Shown: positions 37,515-46,736 of the stretch, in pieces
Numbering within the stretch: position 1 is the stretch's first letter
Layout: every line of letters begins with the position of its first letter
Notes under the pieces: model-generated
Database searches by the model: none
Told to the model about the DNA's origin: nothing
The model's input: only the letters and a program-made list of their open reading frames with translations
Assembly: GCA_963742075.1 (NCBI GenBank)
Contig: CAVUKR010000002.1
Coordinates: 8,057-72,056 of the forward strand
DNA from: an uncultured Chloroflexia bacterium
GTDB lineage: Bacteria; Chloroflexota; Limnocylindria; Limnocylindrales; CSP1-4
DNA: 64,000 nt
Direction: 5' to 3'
Made by a program: the position numbers and the translations under genes

Positions 37515-37970
37515 TCAGACCTCGGCGTCGCTCCAGAGGCTCCAGCGTCCTTCGCCGGGGTCGATCGGGGCAGGCGACTCGGCGGCCTCGGGCGCGACGA
37601 TCACCTCGGACGCCGCGCCGCCCGCCGGCACCCGCCGCCGCGGCTTGACCGGCGTCGGATCCACGTCCACGAACTCGAGCTTCCGAACGGGCGTTCGGTC
37701 ATAGACCACGTTCAGGGGTGCCGAGACGGTTCGCAGGACGGTCCCGACCGTCTCCTCGGCCGTCACGACCGATGCCTCCCAGCATGCCCGGATCTCATCG
37801 CCGCGGAGCGGCCGACGCTCACGATCGAGCCCGCAGTAGCCGAGCTGGGCCGCGACGGATCTCCGGAAGTGTCGACAGGTGGCGCAGGCGGTGCTGGATC
37901 GTCGGCAGACCCAGCACCTGGCCGTCTCAGCCTGGGGTGTCCCGCAGTGCGGACAGCGCCACATCGCCAT
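37515..37970 (-). CDS. hypothetical Cys-rich zinc-ribbon protein
   Basis: MAMWRCPHCGTPQAETARCWVCRRSSTACATCRHF...YCGLD...IRACWE carries three CxxC pairs within the first 32 aa. Strong GC3 bias. It lies 38 nt downstream of the Ig-domain gene. Confidence 0.55.
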   Translation of the reverse strand: MAMWRCPHCGTPQAETARCWVCRRSSTACATCRHFRRSVAAQLGYCGLDRERRPLRGDEIRACWEASVVTAEETVGTVLRTVSAPLNVVYDRTPVRKLEFVDVDPTPVKPRRRVPAGGAASEVIVAPEAAESPAPIDPGEGRWSLWSDAEV

Positions 37971-38007
37971 GTGCGGATGGTAGCTGCGAGCGGCCCGCGC
38001 GGCAACC

Positions 38008-39210
38008 CTACTTGACGATCGAGATGACCGAGTAGTCCTGGGCCGACCCGAAGTTCGTGGTCGTCACGAGGACCGTCGCGCTCCCTTGGCCGATGGTGGC
38101 CCCCTTCGGGACCGAGGTCTGGAACGAGGCGGTACCGTCGTTCCCGGTCGTCTGGTCGATGGTGACGGTCGGGATGCCGGGCATGCTCAGGGTGAAGGTC
38201 ACGGCCGCGCCCGCCACCACCTGCCCGTTCGGATCGGTGACCTTGGCGGTGAGCGTCACCGGCTGAGGGAGCTTCGACCGCTTGATCTGGTACGTCGACG
38301 CGCTGAGCGCGACGGTCAGCTGACCCGTGCCACGCTTGACGGTCAGGGTCGCCGTGGCGACGTTGCCCGCCGGGTCGGTGCCGGTGAGCGTGATCTTGTT
38401 CGTTCCGGCCGCGATCGCGACGCTGACCGTGAAGGTGCCGTCGGATCCGGCCGTGCCCGCGACCGACGACCCGTTCGCGTCGTTCTTCGCGAGCAGCGTC
38501 GTCCGGGCCTGGGTCTTGCCCGTGATCGTGACGGCCTTGCCGTTGACCACCGCGTTGGCTTTCGGGGAGGTGATCGTGATCTTCGGTGCGACGTTGTCGA
38601 AGATGTAGCGGACGACCGCCGAGTGATTCAATTCGCCGGCAGGCCCGACGATCGACACCGAGAAGTCGTTGATGCCGTCGGTGAGCACGACGGCGGGGAT
38701 CACCGTCTTGGCCGTGTCCGCGATCGCGACCTCGGTGATGGCCGCGGCCTCCTGGTTCGGGAGCGTCAGGTAGAGCCGGATCCGGTGGGTCGCGTCCCCG
38801 ACCAGGCTGGCCGGGACGGTCACGACCAGGTCCACGGTCGCCTGGCTGGTGTACGGCTCGGTCGGCTGGTCGAGGGTCGGGGCGAGCGTGACGTCCTCGA
38901 CGATCGCGGTGGGGGTCGGGGTCGCGGTCACGCCCTGGACGAACCCGCTGAGCGACGAGCCCACCCCGCCGACGACGATGCCGAGTCCGCGGACGCCGAT
39001 CAACAGGACGATCGCCCCGAGGACGACGATGCCCGCGATGAGCGCGATCCGGACGATCCACGGCAGGCCGCCGCCGCGATCGATCGGTCGATGGCCGCCG
39101 AGCCGCGTGGTGCCCGGGGAGCGCGGCTTGACCTTGGCGGGGACGGGTCGGCCGGTGGACGGGGGACGTGGCCGGACGTGCGTCTGCCGAGGGTCGCGCC
39201 GAGTCGTCAT
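38008..39210 (-). CDS. membrane-anchored protein with tandem bacterial Ig-like domains
   Basis: ATG at 39210. Basic N-terminus, a TM helix (IVRIALIAGIVVLGAIVLLIG), then repeated beta-rich modules (VTITGKT...GTFTVSV, TLTAKVTDPNGQVVAGAAVTFT). Confidence 0.7.
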   Translation of the reverse strand: MTTRRDPRQTHVRPRPPSTGRPVPAKVKPRSPGTTRLGGHRPIDRGGGLPWIVRIALIAGIVVLGAIVLLIGVRGLGIVVGGVGSSLSGFVQGVTATPTPTAIVEDVTLAPTLDQPTEPYTSQATVDLVVTVPASLVGDATHRIRLYLTLPNQEAAAITEVAIADTAKTVIPAVVLTDGINDFSVSIVGPAGELNHSAVVRYIFDNVAPKITITSPKANAVVNGKAVTITGKTQARTTLLAKNDANGSSVAGTAGSDGTFTVSVAIAAGTNKITLTGTDPAGNVATATLTVKRGTGQLTVALSASTYQIKRSKLPQPVTLTAKVTDPNGQVVAGAAVTFTLSMPGIPTVTIDQTTGNDGTASFQTSVPKGATIGQGSATVLVTTTNFGSAQDYSVISIVK

Positions 39211-39373
39211 CGGCCCGATTGTCGCACGGCCGCTCGTGAACGGGTTGACGCATGCCCGGCGCCGTGCGTGTCGTGCGTGTACGGTCGGTGCAGTGCGTTG
39301 TACTCTGGCCCGGTTGCGCGCGTGACGACCCTCGTCGCGGGCGCCCACGATCCGAGGGCCAAGGACATTGCAG

Positions 39374-39451
39374 GCGCGCGATCCGCGATCCGACAAGCGG
39401 GGATCGAACCCGACCGGACGTCCGGAGTTCGGGGTCGGTCCGATCGCGCGC
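39374..39451. other. 78-nt nested imperfect palindrome (possible structured RNA or protein-binding site) in the divergent spacer
   Basis: Outer arms GCGCGCGATC (39374-39383) and GATCGCGCGC (39442-39451). Next pair ccgac/gtcgg (39390-39394 / 39434-39438), then cccga/tcggg (39409-39413 / 39429-39433). Central perfect palindrome CCGGACGTCCGG (39414-39425). It also contains a tRNA T-arm-like GGGGATCGAACCC. Confidence 0.4.
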
Positions 39452-39493
39452 GTCTCACCGCCGCCCTCCACGAACGCCCCCGGGGCCGGGACG

Positions 39494-39766
39494 ATGCCGG
39501 CCATGCCGGCCATGCTGCGCCCCGGGTTCGGCCTCCCCAACCTGCGCCGCAACGTCTGCCCGCACTTCTACATGACCGGCAGCCGGGGCGCGCTCCCGAT
39601 CCAGGCGCCGCACCTGCTCAAGGCGCTCATCCGCCAGGACACGAACACGTCGCGCTGCCAGCTGCGCGGCGGGGTCCACATGGAGCAGGGCTTCGTCAAC
39701 GACGTCTGCCTCACGCCGCGCTTCAACCAGTGCGTCTTCTACGAGGACGAGCTGTCCCGCGAGTGA
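39494..39766 (+). CDS. small conserved-looking hypothetical protein with four Cys, first gene of the folate operon
   Basis: MLRPGFGLPNLRRNVCPHFYMTGSRGALPIQAPHLLKALIRQDTNTSRCQLRGGVHMEQGFVNDVCLTPRFNQCVFYEDELSRE. Nearly every codon ends in G or C. Three in-frame ATGs at 39494, 39503 and 39512. The stop lies 10 nt before the folC ATG. Confidence 0.6.
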   Translation: MPAMPAMLRPGFGLPNLRRNVCPHFYMTGSRGALPIQAPHLLKALIRQDTNTSRCQLRGGVHMEQGFVNDVCLTPRFNQCVFYEDELSRE

Positions 39767-39776
39767 CGCGCCGACG

Positions 39777-41219
39777 ATGACCAAGACCAGAGTGACCGCG
39801 GCCCCGCTCACCTACGGTCAGGCGCTCGCGGCGCTGGCGGAGCGCGGTCGGTTCGGCATCCGGCTCGGGCTCGGGCGGACGCGCGCGCTGCTGCGCGAGC
39901 TCGACCACCCGGAGCGGACGGTCCGTGGCGCGCTGATCGCCGGGACGAACGGCAAGGGCAGCGTCCTCGCACTGGCCGATGCAGCGCTGCGGGCCGCCGG
40001 CTACCGGGTCGGCAGCACCCCGAAGCCGCACCTCGTCAGCTACCGGGAGCGGGTCGCCGTGGATGGTCGGCCGATCGCCGCGGACGACTTCGCGCGGCTG
40101 GTGGCGCGCGTCCTCGCGGCCGCGGACCGGATCGCGGCCCGCCATGGCGAGCCCACCGAGTTCGAGCTGCTGACGGCCGTCGTCTTCGCGCACTTCGCCG
40201 AGGTGCGGCCGGACGTCGCGCTCGTGGAGGTCGGGCTCGGCGGCCGGCTCGATGCCACCCATGCGTGGGACGGCGGGGTCGCGGTGGTGACCAACGTGGA
40301 CCTCGACCACATGGATCGCCTGGGCGACACCATCACGGCCATCGCCCGCGAGAAGGCGGCCATCATCGAGCGCGGCGATCGGGCCGTGACCGGCGCGCGC
40401 GGTGACGGTCTGGCGGTCGTCCGCCGGCGCGCGCGCCGGCTCGGGGTGCCACTGACCGAGGTCGACCCCGCCGGCCGATCCTCGGCTGGGACCGCGACGG
40501 CCTCGAGGTGGACCTGCCGTTCCTCGGCCCGACCCGCATCGGCCTGCGCGGCCGGCACCAGGCCGTCAACGCGGCGATCGCCGATGCGACGCTCGACGCT
40601 CTCGAAGCGGCCGGCATCGCGACCGTGCCGTCCGCGGCGAGGCGGGCCGGCTACGCCGCCGCGACCTGGCCCGGCCGCCTCGAGCTGCTGCGCGTCGGTG
40701 GCCGCGACGTCCTCCTCGACGGGGCCCACAACCCGGCCGGCGCGGCCGCCCTGGCGGTCGCCCTCGATGACCTGCGCCCATACCTCGACGCGGGTCCCCT
40801 GACGGTGGTCACCGCGACGATGGTCGACAAGGACGTGGACGGGGTGATCGCGGCGCTCGCGCGCTCGACGGCGCTGGCCGGCGCCACGGTCATCACGACC
40901 AGCCCGGACGTCGCGCGGGCGATGCCGGCAGAGGACCTCGCGAGGCGCTGGCGCGCGGGCGCGGCCCCGGCGGTGGATGGCGAGTCATGCGGCGGGCACG
41001 ACCCCCGCCGCGGCCTGGACCGTCGTCGCCGAGCCGGACCCGATCGTCGCGCTCGAGCGGGCGCTGCGCGGTCCGGGGCCGGGGCCGGTGCTGGTCGCCG
41101 GTTCGCTCTATCTTGTCGGGGCGGCGCGCGGTCACCTGGTCGACGACCCGGACCTGCGCGATCCGGACCCGACGCAGGACGCCGGGTCGACCCAGGACCG
41201 ACGCAGATCCGACGCATGA
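39777..41219 (+). pseudogene. folC: dihydrofolate synthase / folylpolyglutamate synthase; two frameshifts (near 40476 and 40950-41000)
   Basis: P-loop IAGTNGKGS and VEVGLGGRLDAT (frame of 39777). Then ILGWDRDGLEVDLPFLGPTRIGLRGRHQAVNAA...LLDGAHNPAG (frame of ORF 40508). Then AWTVVAEPDPIVALERAL...VLVAGSLYLVGAARG (frame of ORF 40977). Confidence 0.82.
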
Positions 41220-42137
41220 CCGACACGACCGACACCATCGACACGACCCGCCCCCGTCCCGCCGCGCGGCCGAGCCCCACCCGGATCGGCCCCGCCACGT
41301 TCCGCTGGGGCGAGCGCACGTTCGTCATGGGCATCCTCAACGTGACCCCCGATTCGTTCGCCGGCGACGGCCTCCTCGCGCCGGCCGGCGATCCGGTCGA
41401 GGCCGCCGTGGCCGCCGGCCGCTCGATGGTCGAGGCGGGCGCCGACATCCTCGACGTCGGCGGGGAGTCCACCCGACCGGGACACGTGCCGGTGGACGAG
41501 GCCGAGGAGCGCCACCGGGTCGTGCCGGTCGTCGCGGCCCTTCGCACGGCCCTGCCCGACACCCCTCTCAGCGTCGACACGACCAAGCCCGCGCGTGGCC
41601 GAAGCGGCGCTGGCGGCCGGCGCCGACCTCATCAACGACGTGTGGGGCGTCGGGGACGACGAGCGCCTGGTCCGCCTGGCCGCCGATCACGGCGTCCCGC
41701 TGATCGTCATGCACAACCGGGCCGAGCCCCGCTACACGACCTTCCTGCCGGAGTTGATCGCCGACCTCCAGCGCGCGCTCGAGCGGGCGCTCCGGCTCGG
41801 GGTCCCGTGGGACGACCTGGTCGTCGATCCGGGGTTCGGGTTCGGCAAGACGCCCGAGCACAACCTCGAGCTCCTGCGCGAGCTCGGGTCGCTGCGCATG
41901 CTCGGCCGGCCGATCCTGCTCGGCACGAGCCGGAAGTCCACACTGGGGCGCGTGCTGGACCTGCCCGTCACCGAGCGGCTCGAGGCGACCCTCGCCACGA
42001 CCGCGCTCGGGATCGCGGCCGGGATCGACATCGTGCGGGTCCACGACGTGGGGCCGAACGTGCGCGCGGCCCGCATGAGCGACGCCGTCGTCCGCGCGTC
42101 GCGGCCGCCCGTCACGGGGGAAGGAGGACCGAGCTGA
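41216..42137 (+). pseudogene. folP: dihydropteroate synthase; one frameshift near 41592
   Basis: ATG at 41216 overlaps the folC stop. FVMGILNVTPDSFAGDG...ADILDVGGESTRPG...SVDTTKPA, then (frame of ORF 41595) VAEAALAAGADLINDVWG...DPGFGFGKT...LLGTSRKS...VRVHDV. Confidence 0.85.
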
Positions 42138-42514
42138 GCGACCGGATCGTGCTCGCCAACATGCGCTTCCAGGGCCGCCATGGCTACTACGACCACGAGA
42201 TGCTGGTTCCCCAGCCGTTCGAGGTCGACGTCGAGCTCGTGGTCAACCTGCAACCAGCCGGGATCGACGACGACCTCGAGCAGTCGGTCGACTACGGCAA
42301 GGTCTATGACGCGGTCCGCCAGATCGTCGAATCGACGTCGTTCCGACTGCTCGAGGCGCTGGCCGAGGCGATCAGCCACGAGCTGCTCGCCGATTTCGAC
42401 GTGAGCGAGGTCGTCGTCCGGGTCCGCAAGCCCGAGGTCAAGCTCGACGGACCGCTCGACTACGCGGGGGTCGAGATCCACCGCCAGCGACCGAACGGCG
42501 ACCGGCGCGGCTGA
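42134..42514 (+). CDS. folB: dihydroneopterin aldolase
   Basis: [34 protein letters not shown]...[14 protein letters not shown]. Proposed CTG start at 42134 overlaps the folP stop (CTGA), 6 nt after AGGAGG (42122-42127). GTG 42149 is the alternative. Confidence 0.8.
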   Translation: MSDRIVLANMRFQGRHGYYDHEMLVPQPFEVDVELVVNLQPAGIDDDLEQSVDYGKVYDAVRQIVESTSFRLLEALAEAISHELLADFDVSEVVVRVRKPEVKLDGPLDYAGVEIHRQRPNGDRRG

Positions 42515-42523
42515 ATCGGCGCC

Positions 42524-44236
42524 CTACGAGGGGGTGGGCGTCGGGGTCGGGGTGGGCGTCGGGGTCGGGGTGGGCGTCGGAGTCGGGGTCGGCGTCGGCG
42601 TCGGCTTGGGAGTGGGCGTCGGCGTGGGCGCGGGCGTCGGGGTCGGAGTCGGGGTGGGCGTCGGCGTCGGCGAGGGCGACGCTGTCGGCGACGGAGAGGG
42701 CTCCGGCCCCTTCGAGATGGTGTAGTCGACCGGCGTCTGCTCGACGACGAGGGTCCCGCCCAGCGGGCTCTGGGCGCTCACGAGCCCCGCCGGGACGGTC
42801 GGATCGAACGCCTCCGTCCGGAGGCCGACCCTCAGGTGCGCATCGGAGATCGCCTGGAGCGCCCCGGATTCGTCCTTGCCCCGGAGGTCCGGGACGGCCG
42901 TCGAGCCGAGCCCGGTCGCCACGACCACCTTGACCGCGCTCCCCTTGTCGATCTTCGTGCCCGGCTGCGGGTCCTGCGACAGGATCGTGCCGGCGACCTG
43001 GTCGGACGCGACCTGGTTGGTCGGGCTGAGCGTGATGCCCAGGCCGTTGGCGGTCTGCGCGGCCGCCTGCGACGACGTTCCGACGAAGTTCGGGACGGTG
43101 ACCTGCTGGGCAGCCGCGCCGCCCCCGGAGGTCAGCTGGAAGACGAGGAAGGCGATGGCGGCCAGCAGCAGGATCGCCACGATCCCGGCGACCCAGACGA
43201 GCGGGCTCGTGCCGCCCTCGTCGTCCGACCCGCCGGTCGTGGCCGGAGGCGGTGGCGGCGGTGGCGGCGCCGTGCCCGCGGTCATGCCGCTGTCCGCGCC
43301 GACGTACGCGTCGGGGACGTACGGGATCCCGGCCGGGTTCGGGCGTGCGGTCGCGGAGACGACCGTGGCACCGGCCAGCGCCCCGGCCGCGGCGGCGCCG
43401 GCCGCCGTGCCGCCCGGCGCCAGCGTGGCATCGAGCGCGTCGGCCATGACGGCCGCCGACGGCCAGCGGTCCTTCGGGTCGAGCGCCAGCGCCCGGCGCG
43501 TGATCGACGCCAGGTCGGCCGGCACGGACGGGCGGACCGTGGTCGGATCGGGGATCGGACCGGTCAGCCGCGCCAGCGCGACCGAGGCGGCGCTGTCGCC
43601 CTCGAACGGGCGGACGCCGGTCAGCATCTCGTACAGGACGATGCCGAGGCTGTAGATGTCCGAGGAGGTCGTGGCCGGCTCGCCGCGCGCCTGCTCCGGG
43701 CTGAAGTAGTGGACCGAGCCGAGGGTCGTGCCGGGCAGCGTGACCTGCGCCTCGGCGATCGCCCGGGCGATCCCGAAGTCGACCACCTTCACGCCCCCGT
43801 CCGACCCGATCAGGACGTTGCCGGGCTTGATGTCACGGTGGATGAGGCCCCGGGCATGGGCCGCGGCGAGGGCACGCGCGACGCCCGCGCCGATCCGCGC
43901 GACCTGGCGAGGCGGGAGCGCACCGCTCCGCCGGAGGATCGTCGCGAGGTCCTCGCCGTCGACCAGCTCCATGACGATGTACGGGCCGCTCGGGTCCTCG
44001 CCGTAGTCGTAGACGGTCACGATGTTGGGGTGGCTCAGCGAGGCCGCGGCCTGGGCCTCCTGCCGGAAGCGGGACGAGAAGTCGGGGTCGCGGAGGTACT
44101 CGGGGCGGAGGAGCTTCAGCGCGACGTCGCGACCGAGGCCGGTGTCGGCGGCGCGATAGATGGTCGCCATCCCGCCGCTGCCCAGGAGCTCGACCAGTCG
44201 ATATCGGCCGCCGAGGATCTGCCCGATCTCCGCCAA
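42524..44236 (-). CDS. Ser/Thr protein kinase with TM helix, two PASTA domains and a (Pro-Thr)n tail (PknB-like)
   Basis: Kinase motifs [33 protein letters not shown]-like modules VTVPNFVG... and AVPDLRG.... The C-terminus reads [58 protein letters not shown]. Confidence 0.88.
   Translation of the reverse strand: MAEIGQILGGRYRLVELLGSGGMATIYRAADTGLGRDVALKLLRPEYLRDPDFSSRFRQEAQAAASLSHPNIVTVYDYGEDPSGPYIVMELVDGEDLATILRRSGALPPRQVARIGAGVARALAAAHARGLIHRDIKPGNVLIGSDGGVKVVDFGIARAIAEAQVTLPGTTLGSVHYFSPEQARGEPATTSSDIYSLGIVLYEMLTGVRPFEGDSAASVALARLTGPIPDPTTVRPSVPADLASITRRALALDPKDRWPSAAVMADALDATLAPGGTAAGAAAAGALAGATVVSATARPNPAGIPYVPDAYVGADSGMTAGTAPPPPPPPPATTGGSDDEGGTSPLVWVAGIVAILLLAAIAFLVFQLTSGGGAAAQQVTVPNFVGTSSQAAAQTANGLGITLSPTNQVASDQVAGTILSQDPQPGTKIDKGSAVKVVVATGLGSTAVPDLRGKDESGALQAISDAHLRVGLRTEAFDPTVPAGLVSAQSPLGGTLVVEQTPVDYTISKGPEPSPSPTASPSPTPTPTPTPTPTPAPTPTPTPKPTPTPTPTPTPTPTPTPTPTPTPTPS
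42530..42690 (-). repeat. Hexanucleotide-based microsatellite (GGGGTC/GGCGTC units on the plus strand) encoding the kinase Pro-Thr tail
   Basis: About 160 nt of near-periodic ggggtgggcgtcggggtc repeats, in frame with the kinase C-terminus. Confidence 0.85.
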
Positions 44237-44313
44237 ATCGTCCCCTCACCTACGGTCGCGCGCTGCCCGCCCGACGTGTCCTAGGGCGGCATCGTACCGC
44301 ACGCGCCGGTCGG

Positions 44314-45192
44314 TCAGAGCCGGAGGCCGTGGAGGTAGGCGCGGAATTCGGTGCCGAGGTCGGGCCGCGCGAGGGCGATCTCGACCGACGCCTTGAGCCA
44401 GCCCATCGTGGTCCCCGCGTCGTAGCGGGTGCCCTCGAATTCGTAGCCGAAGACCTGCTGCTCCTCCATCAGCGCGGCGATCGCGTCGGTCAGCTGGATC
44501 TCGCCGCCGGCGCCCCGCTGGGTCTGCTCGAGCTTGTCGAAGATCTTGGGCGTCAGGACGTAGCGGCCGATGATGGCCAGGTTCGACGGGGCCTCGCCGA
44601 CCGGCGGCTTCTCGACGAGCTTGGTGATCAGCCGCAGCCGCCCGTGGTCGAGCGGGTCCTCGGTCGGCACCGAATCGATCACGCCGTAGCGCCCGGCGTC
44701 CTCGGGCGGGACCTCCATCAGGGCGATGACCGAGGCGTGCGTCTGGTGGTACGCGTGGATCAGCTGGCCGATGCACGGCCGGTCGCCGACCACGACGTCG
44801 TCGGGGAGGATCACGGCGAACGGCTCGTGCCCGATGAGGTCCTTCGCCATCAGCACGGCGTGACCGAGCCCGAGCTGCTCCTTCTGGCGGATGTACGCCA
44901 CCTGGGCCAGGTCGCTGATCGCCCGGACCTGCCGCAGCATCTCGATGTCGCCCTTCTCCTCGAGCAGGTGCTCGAGCTCGTAGGAGAGGTCGAAGTGGTC
45001 CTCGATCGCCCGCTTCTGGCTGGAGGTCACGATGATGACCTGCTCGATCCCGGCCGCCACCGCCTCCTCGACCGCGTACTGGATGATCGGCTTGTCGACG
45101 AGCGGCAGCATCTCCTTGGGCTGGGCCTTGGTCGCCGGGAGGAACCGGGTACCCCAGCCCGCGGCGGGGAAGACGGCCTTTCGAACGCGCAA
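44314..45192 (-). CDS. galU: UTP--glucose-1-phosphate uridylyltransferase
   Basis: KAVFPAAGWGTRFLPATKAQPKEMLPLVDKPIIQY...VEKP. TTG start at 45192. A TATACT -10-like box lies about 40 nt upstream. Confidence 0.9.
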   Translation of the reverse strand: MRVRKAVFPAAGWGTRFLPATKAQPKEMLPLVDKPIIQYAVEEAVAAGIEQVIIVTSSQKRAIEDHFDLSYELEHLLEEKGDIEMLRQVRAISDLAQVAYIRQKEQLGLGHAVLMAKDLIGHEPFAVILPDDVVVGDRPCIGQLIHAYHQTHASVIALMEVPPEDAGRYGVIDSVPTEDPLDHGRLRLITKLVEKPPVGEAPSNLAIIGRYVLTPKIFDKLEQTQRGAGGEIQLTDAIAALMEEQQVFGYEFEGTRYDAGTTMGWLKASVEIALARPDLGTEFRAYLHGLRL

Positions 45193-45313
45193 TCGAACCT
45201 CTGGATGACGGGTGTCGGCGGGTCGGGCAAGTATAGCGGCGGTCGTTGGCGCGCCCGACGGCGGCGGGCGGGCGGGCCCCCGGAGGCGCGCCCGGACGCG
45301 GTGCCAGCCGTGT

Positions 45314-46066
45314 TCAGCCGGGCGGTGCGTCCGCCTCGAGCGACCGGACGAACCGGCGGACGGCCCCGTTGAACGCGTTGGGCCGGTCGAGGTTCGCGAG
45401 GTGGGTCGCCCCGGCCAGCCTGACGCGGCGGACGTCGCCGCCGGCGGCCGCGAAGGTCCGAGCGAAGAGGCGGAACGGCAGGTCGAGCTCGCCGTTGATG
45501 ATCAGCGTCGGACCCGGGTACGCCGCCAGCCGCGGGACGAATCGCTCCCCGCTGATCGCGCGCAGCGCCGACGCCCCGCCGCGCGACCAGAAGCCGCCGG
45601 CCACGATGGGCTCGGCGATCGCGGCCGGATAGCGACGGCGGAAGAACCCCGCATTGAAGCGATCGAGCCGCGCCTCGTCGACACCGCCCATGACCCTGGC
45701 GAGCGCGAGGTACGGCAGCATCCGGACCCCGACCGGCTCCGCCGTCGCCCCCGATAGCACGAGGCCGCGCACCCGCTCCGGCTCGCGCGCCGCGAGCGCC
45801 ATCGCGACGTACCCGCCGAGCGACAGGCCGACGACCACGGCGCGCCCACCGGCCTGCTCGCGGATGGTCTCGGACAGCACGTCCACCGCGGCCTCGACGG
45901 TGAACGGCTCGTCGGCCCGCGTCCCGTGGGCAGGCAGGTCCGGCGCGATGGTCCGGAACTCGTCGCTCAGGGCGGCGACCTGGGGCCCCCACATCGAGCC
46001 GGTCAGCCGCGTTCCGTGGACGAAGACGATGGCCGGTGCCCCGGGCGGTCCGGCGATGAGCGTCAC
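45314..46066 (-). CDS. alpha/beta-fold hydrolase
   Basis: GTG at 46066 overlaps the upstream stop (GTGA). IVFVHGTRL, nucleophile elbow GLSLGGY. Confidence 0.75.
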   Translation of the reverse strand: MTLIAGPPGAPAIVFVHGTRLTGSMWGPQVAALSDEFRTIAPDLPAHGTRADEPFTVEAAVDVLSETIREQAGGRAVVVGLSLGGYVAMALAAREPERVRGLVLSGATAEPVGVRMLPYLALARVMGGVDEARLDRFNAGFFRRRYPAAIAEPIVAGGFWSRGGASALRAISGERFVPRLAAYPGPTLIINGELDLPFRLFARTFAAAGGDVRRVRLAGATHLANLDRPNAFNGAVRRFVRSLEADAPPG

Positions 46067-46734
46067 CGGTCGGGGCCGGGCCGATGCTCGACCGCGAACA
46101 GGGCGGCTTGTGTCCGGCTCGTCAGGCCGAGCTTGGAGAGGATGTTCGAGACGTGCGTCCGGGCCGTTCGTTCGGCCATCCCGAGCTCGTCGGCGATCGC
46201 CCTGTTCGACATCCCGCGCGCGAGGCACGCCAGGACGTCGCGCTCGCGCGCGGTGAGCTGCCCGAGCGCGGCAGCCGCACCGACCTCGGCCGGGGCCCGG
46301 CCCGCGCCGGTCCGCATCCGACGGGCGACGACCCCGGCCACCGCCGGGTCGAAGTAGACCTCGCCGTTGCGGGCGGAGCGGATCGCGCTCGCCAGGTCGT
46401 CTGCCTCGGCGTCCTTGAGCAGGACCCCGCTCGCGCCCGCCTCGATGACGGCGGCGATCCGGTCCTCCTCGATGAAGCTCGTGATCGCGACGACCTCGAC
46501 CGACGGGTGGCGGAGCTTGAGCTCTGCCGTGGCGGCGATGCCGTCGAGGCCGGGCATCATCAGGTCCATCACCACGACGTCGGGCCCGAGCGCGGCCGTC
46601 GCCTCGAGCGCGGCCGCCCCGTCGGCCGCCTCCCCGACCACCTCGAGGTCGTCGTGGAGGTCGAGGAAGTCGCGCATCCCGCGGCGGACCATCGCGTGGT
46701 CGTCGACGATCAGGACCCGGATCCGGTCGGGCAT
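46063..46734 (-). CDS. NarL/LuxR-family response regulator
   Basis: Receiver VLIVDDHAMVR...VVVMDLMMPGLDG plus a LuxR HTH LTARERDVLACLARGMSNRAIADELGMAERTARTHVSNILSKLG. No cognate kinase is adjacent. Confidence 0.88.
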   Translation of the reverse strand: MPDRIRVLIVDDHAMVRRGMRDFLDLHDDLEVVGEAADGAAALEATAALGPDVVVMDLMMPGLDGIAATAELKLRHPSVEVVAITSFIEEDRIAAVIEAGASGVLLKDAEADDLASAIRSARNGEVYFDPAVAGVVARRMRTGAGRAPAEVGAAAALGQLTARERDVLACLARGMSNRAIADELGMAERTARTHVSNILSKLGLTSRTQAALFAVEHRPGPDR

Positions 46735-46736
46735 CG

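Noticed and set aside
39385-39452. tRNA gene or tRNA 3' fragment on the minus strand, suggested by GGGTTCGATCCCC resembling a T-arm and a GCGCGCG/CGCGCGC acceptor-like pairing.
   Set aside because: It cannot be folded into a cloverleaf. The T-stem has a mismatch, 25 nt separate the T-arm from the would-be acceptor 3' strand, and there is no anticodon arm of correct geometry. It is kept only as an unexplained palindromic element.
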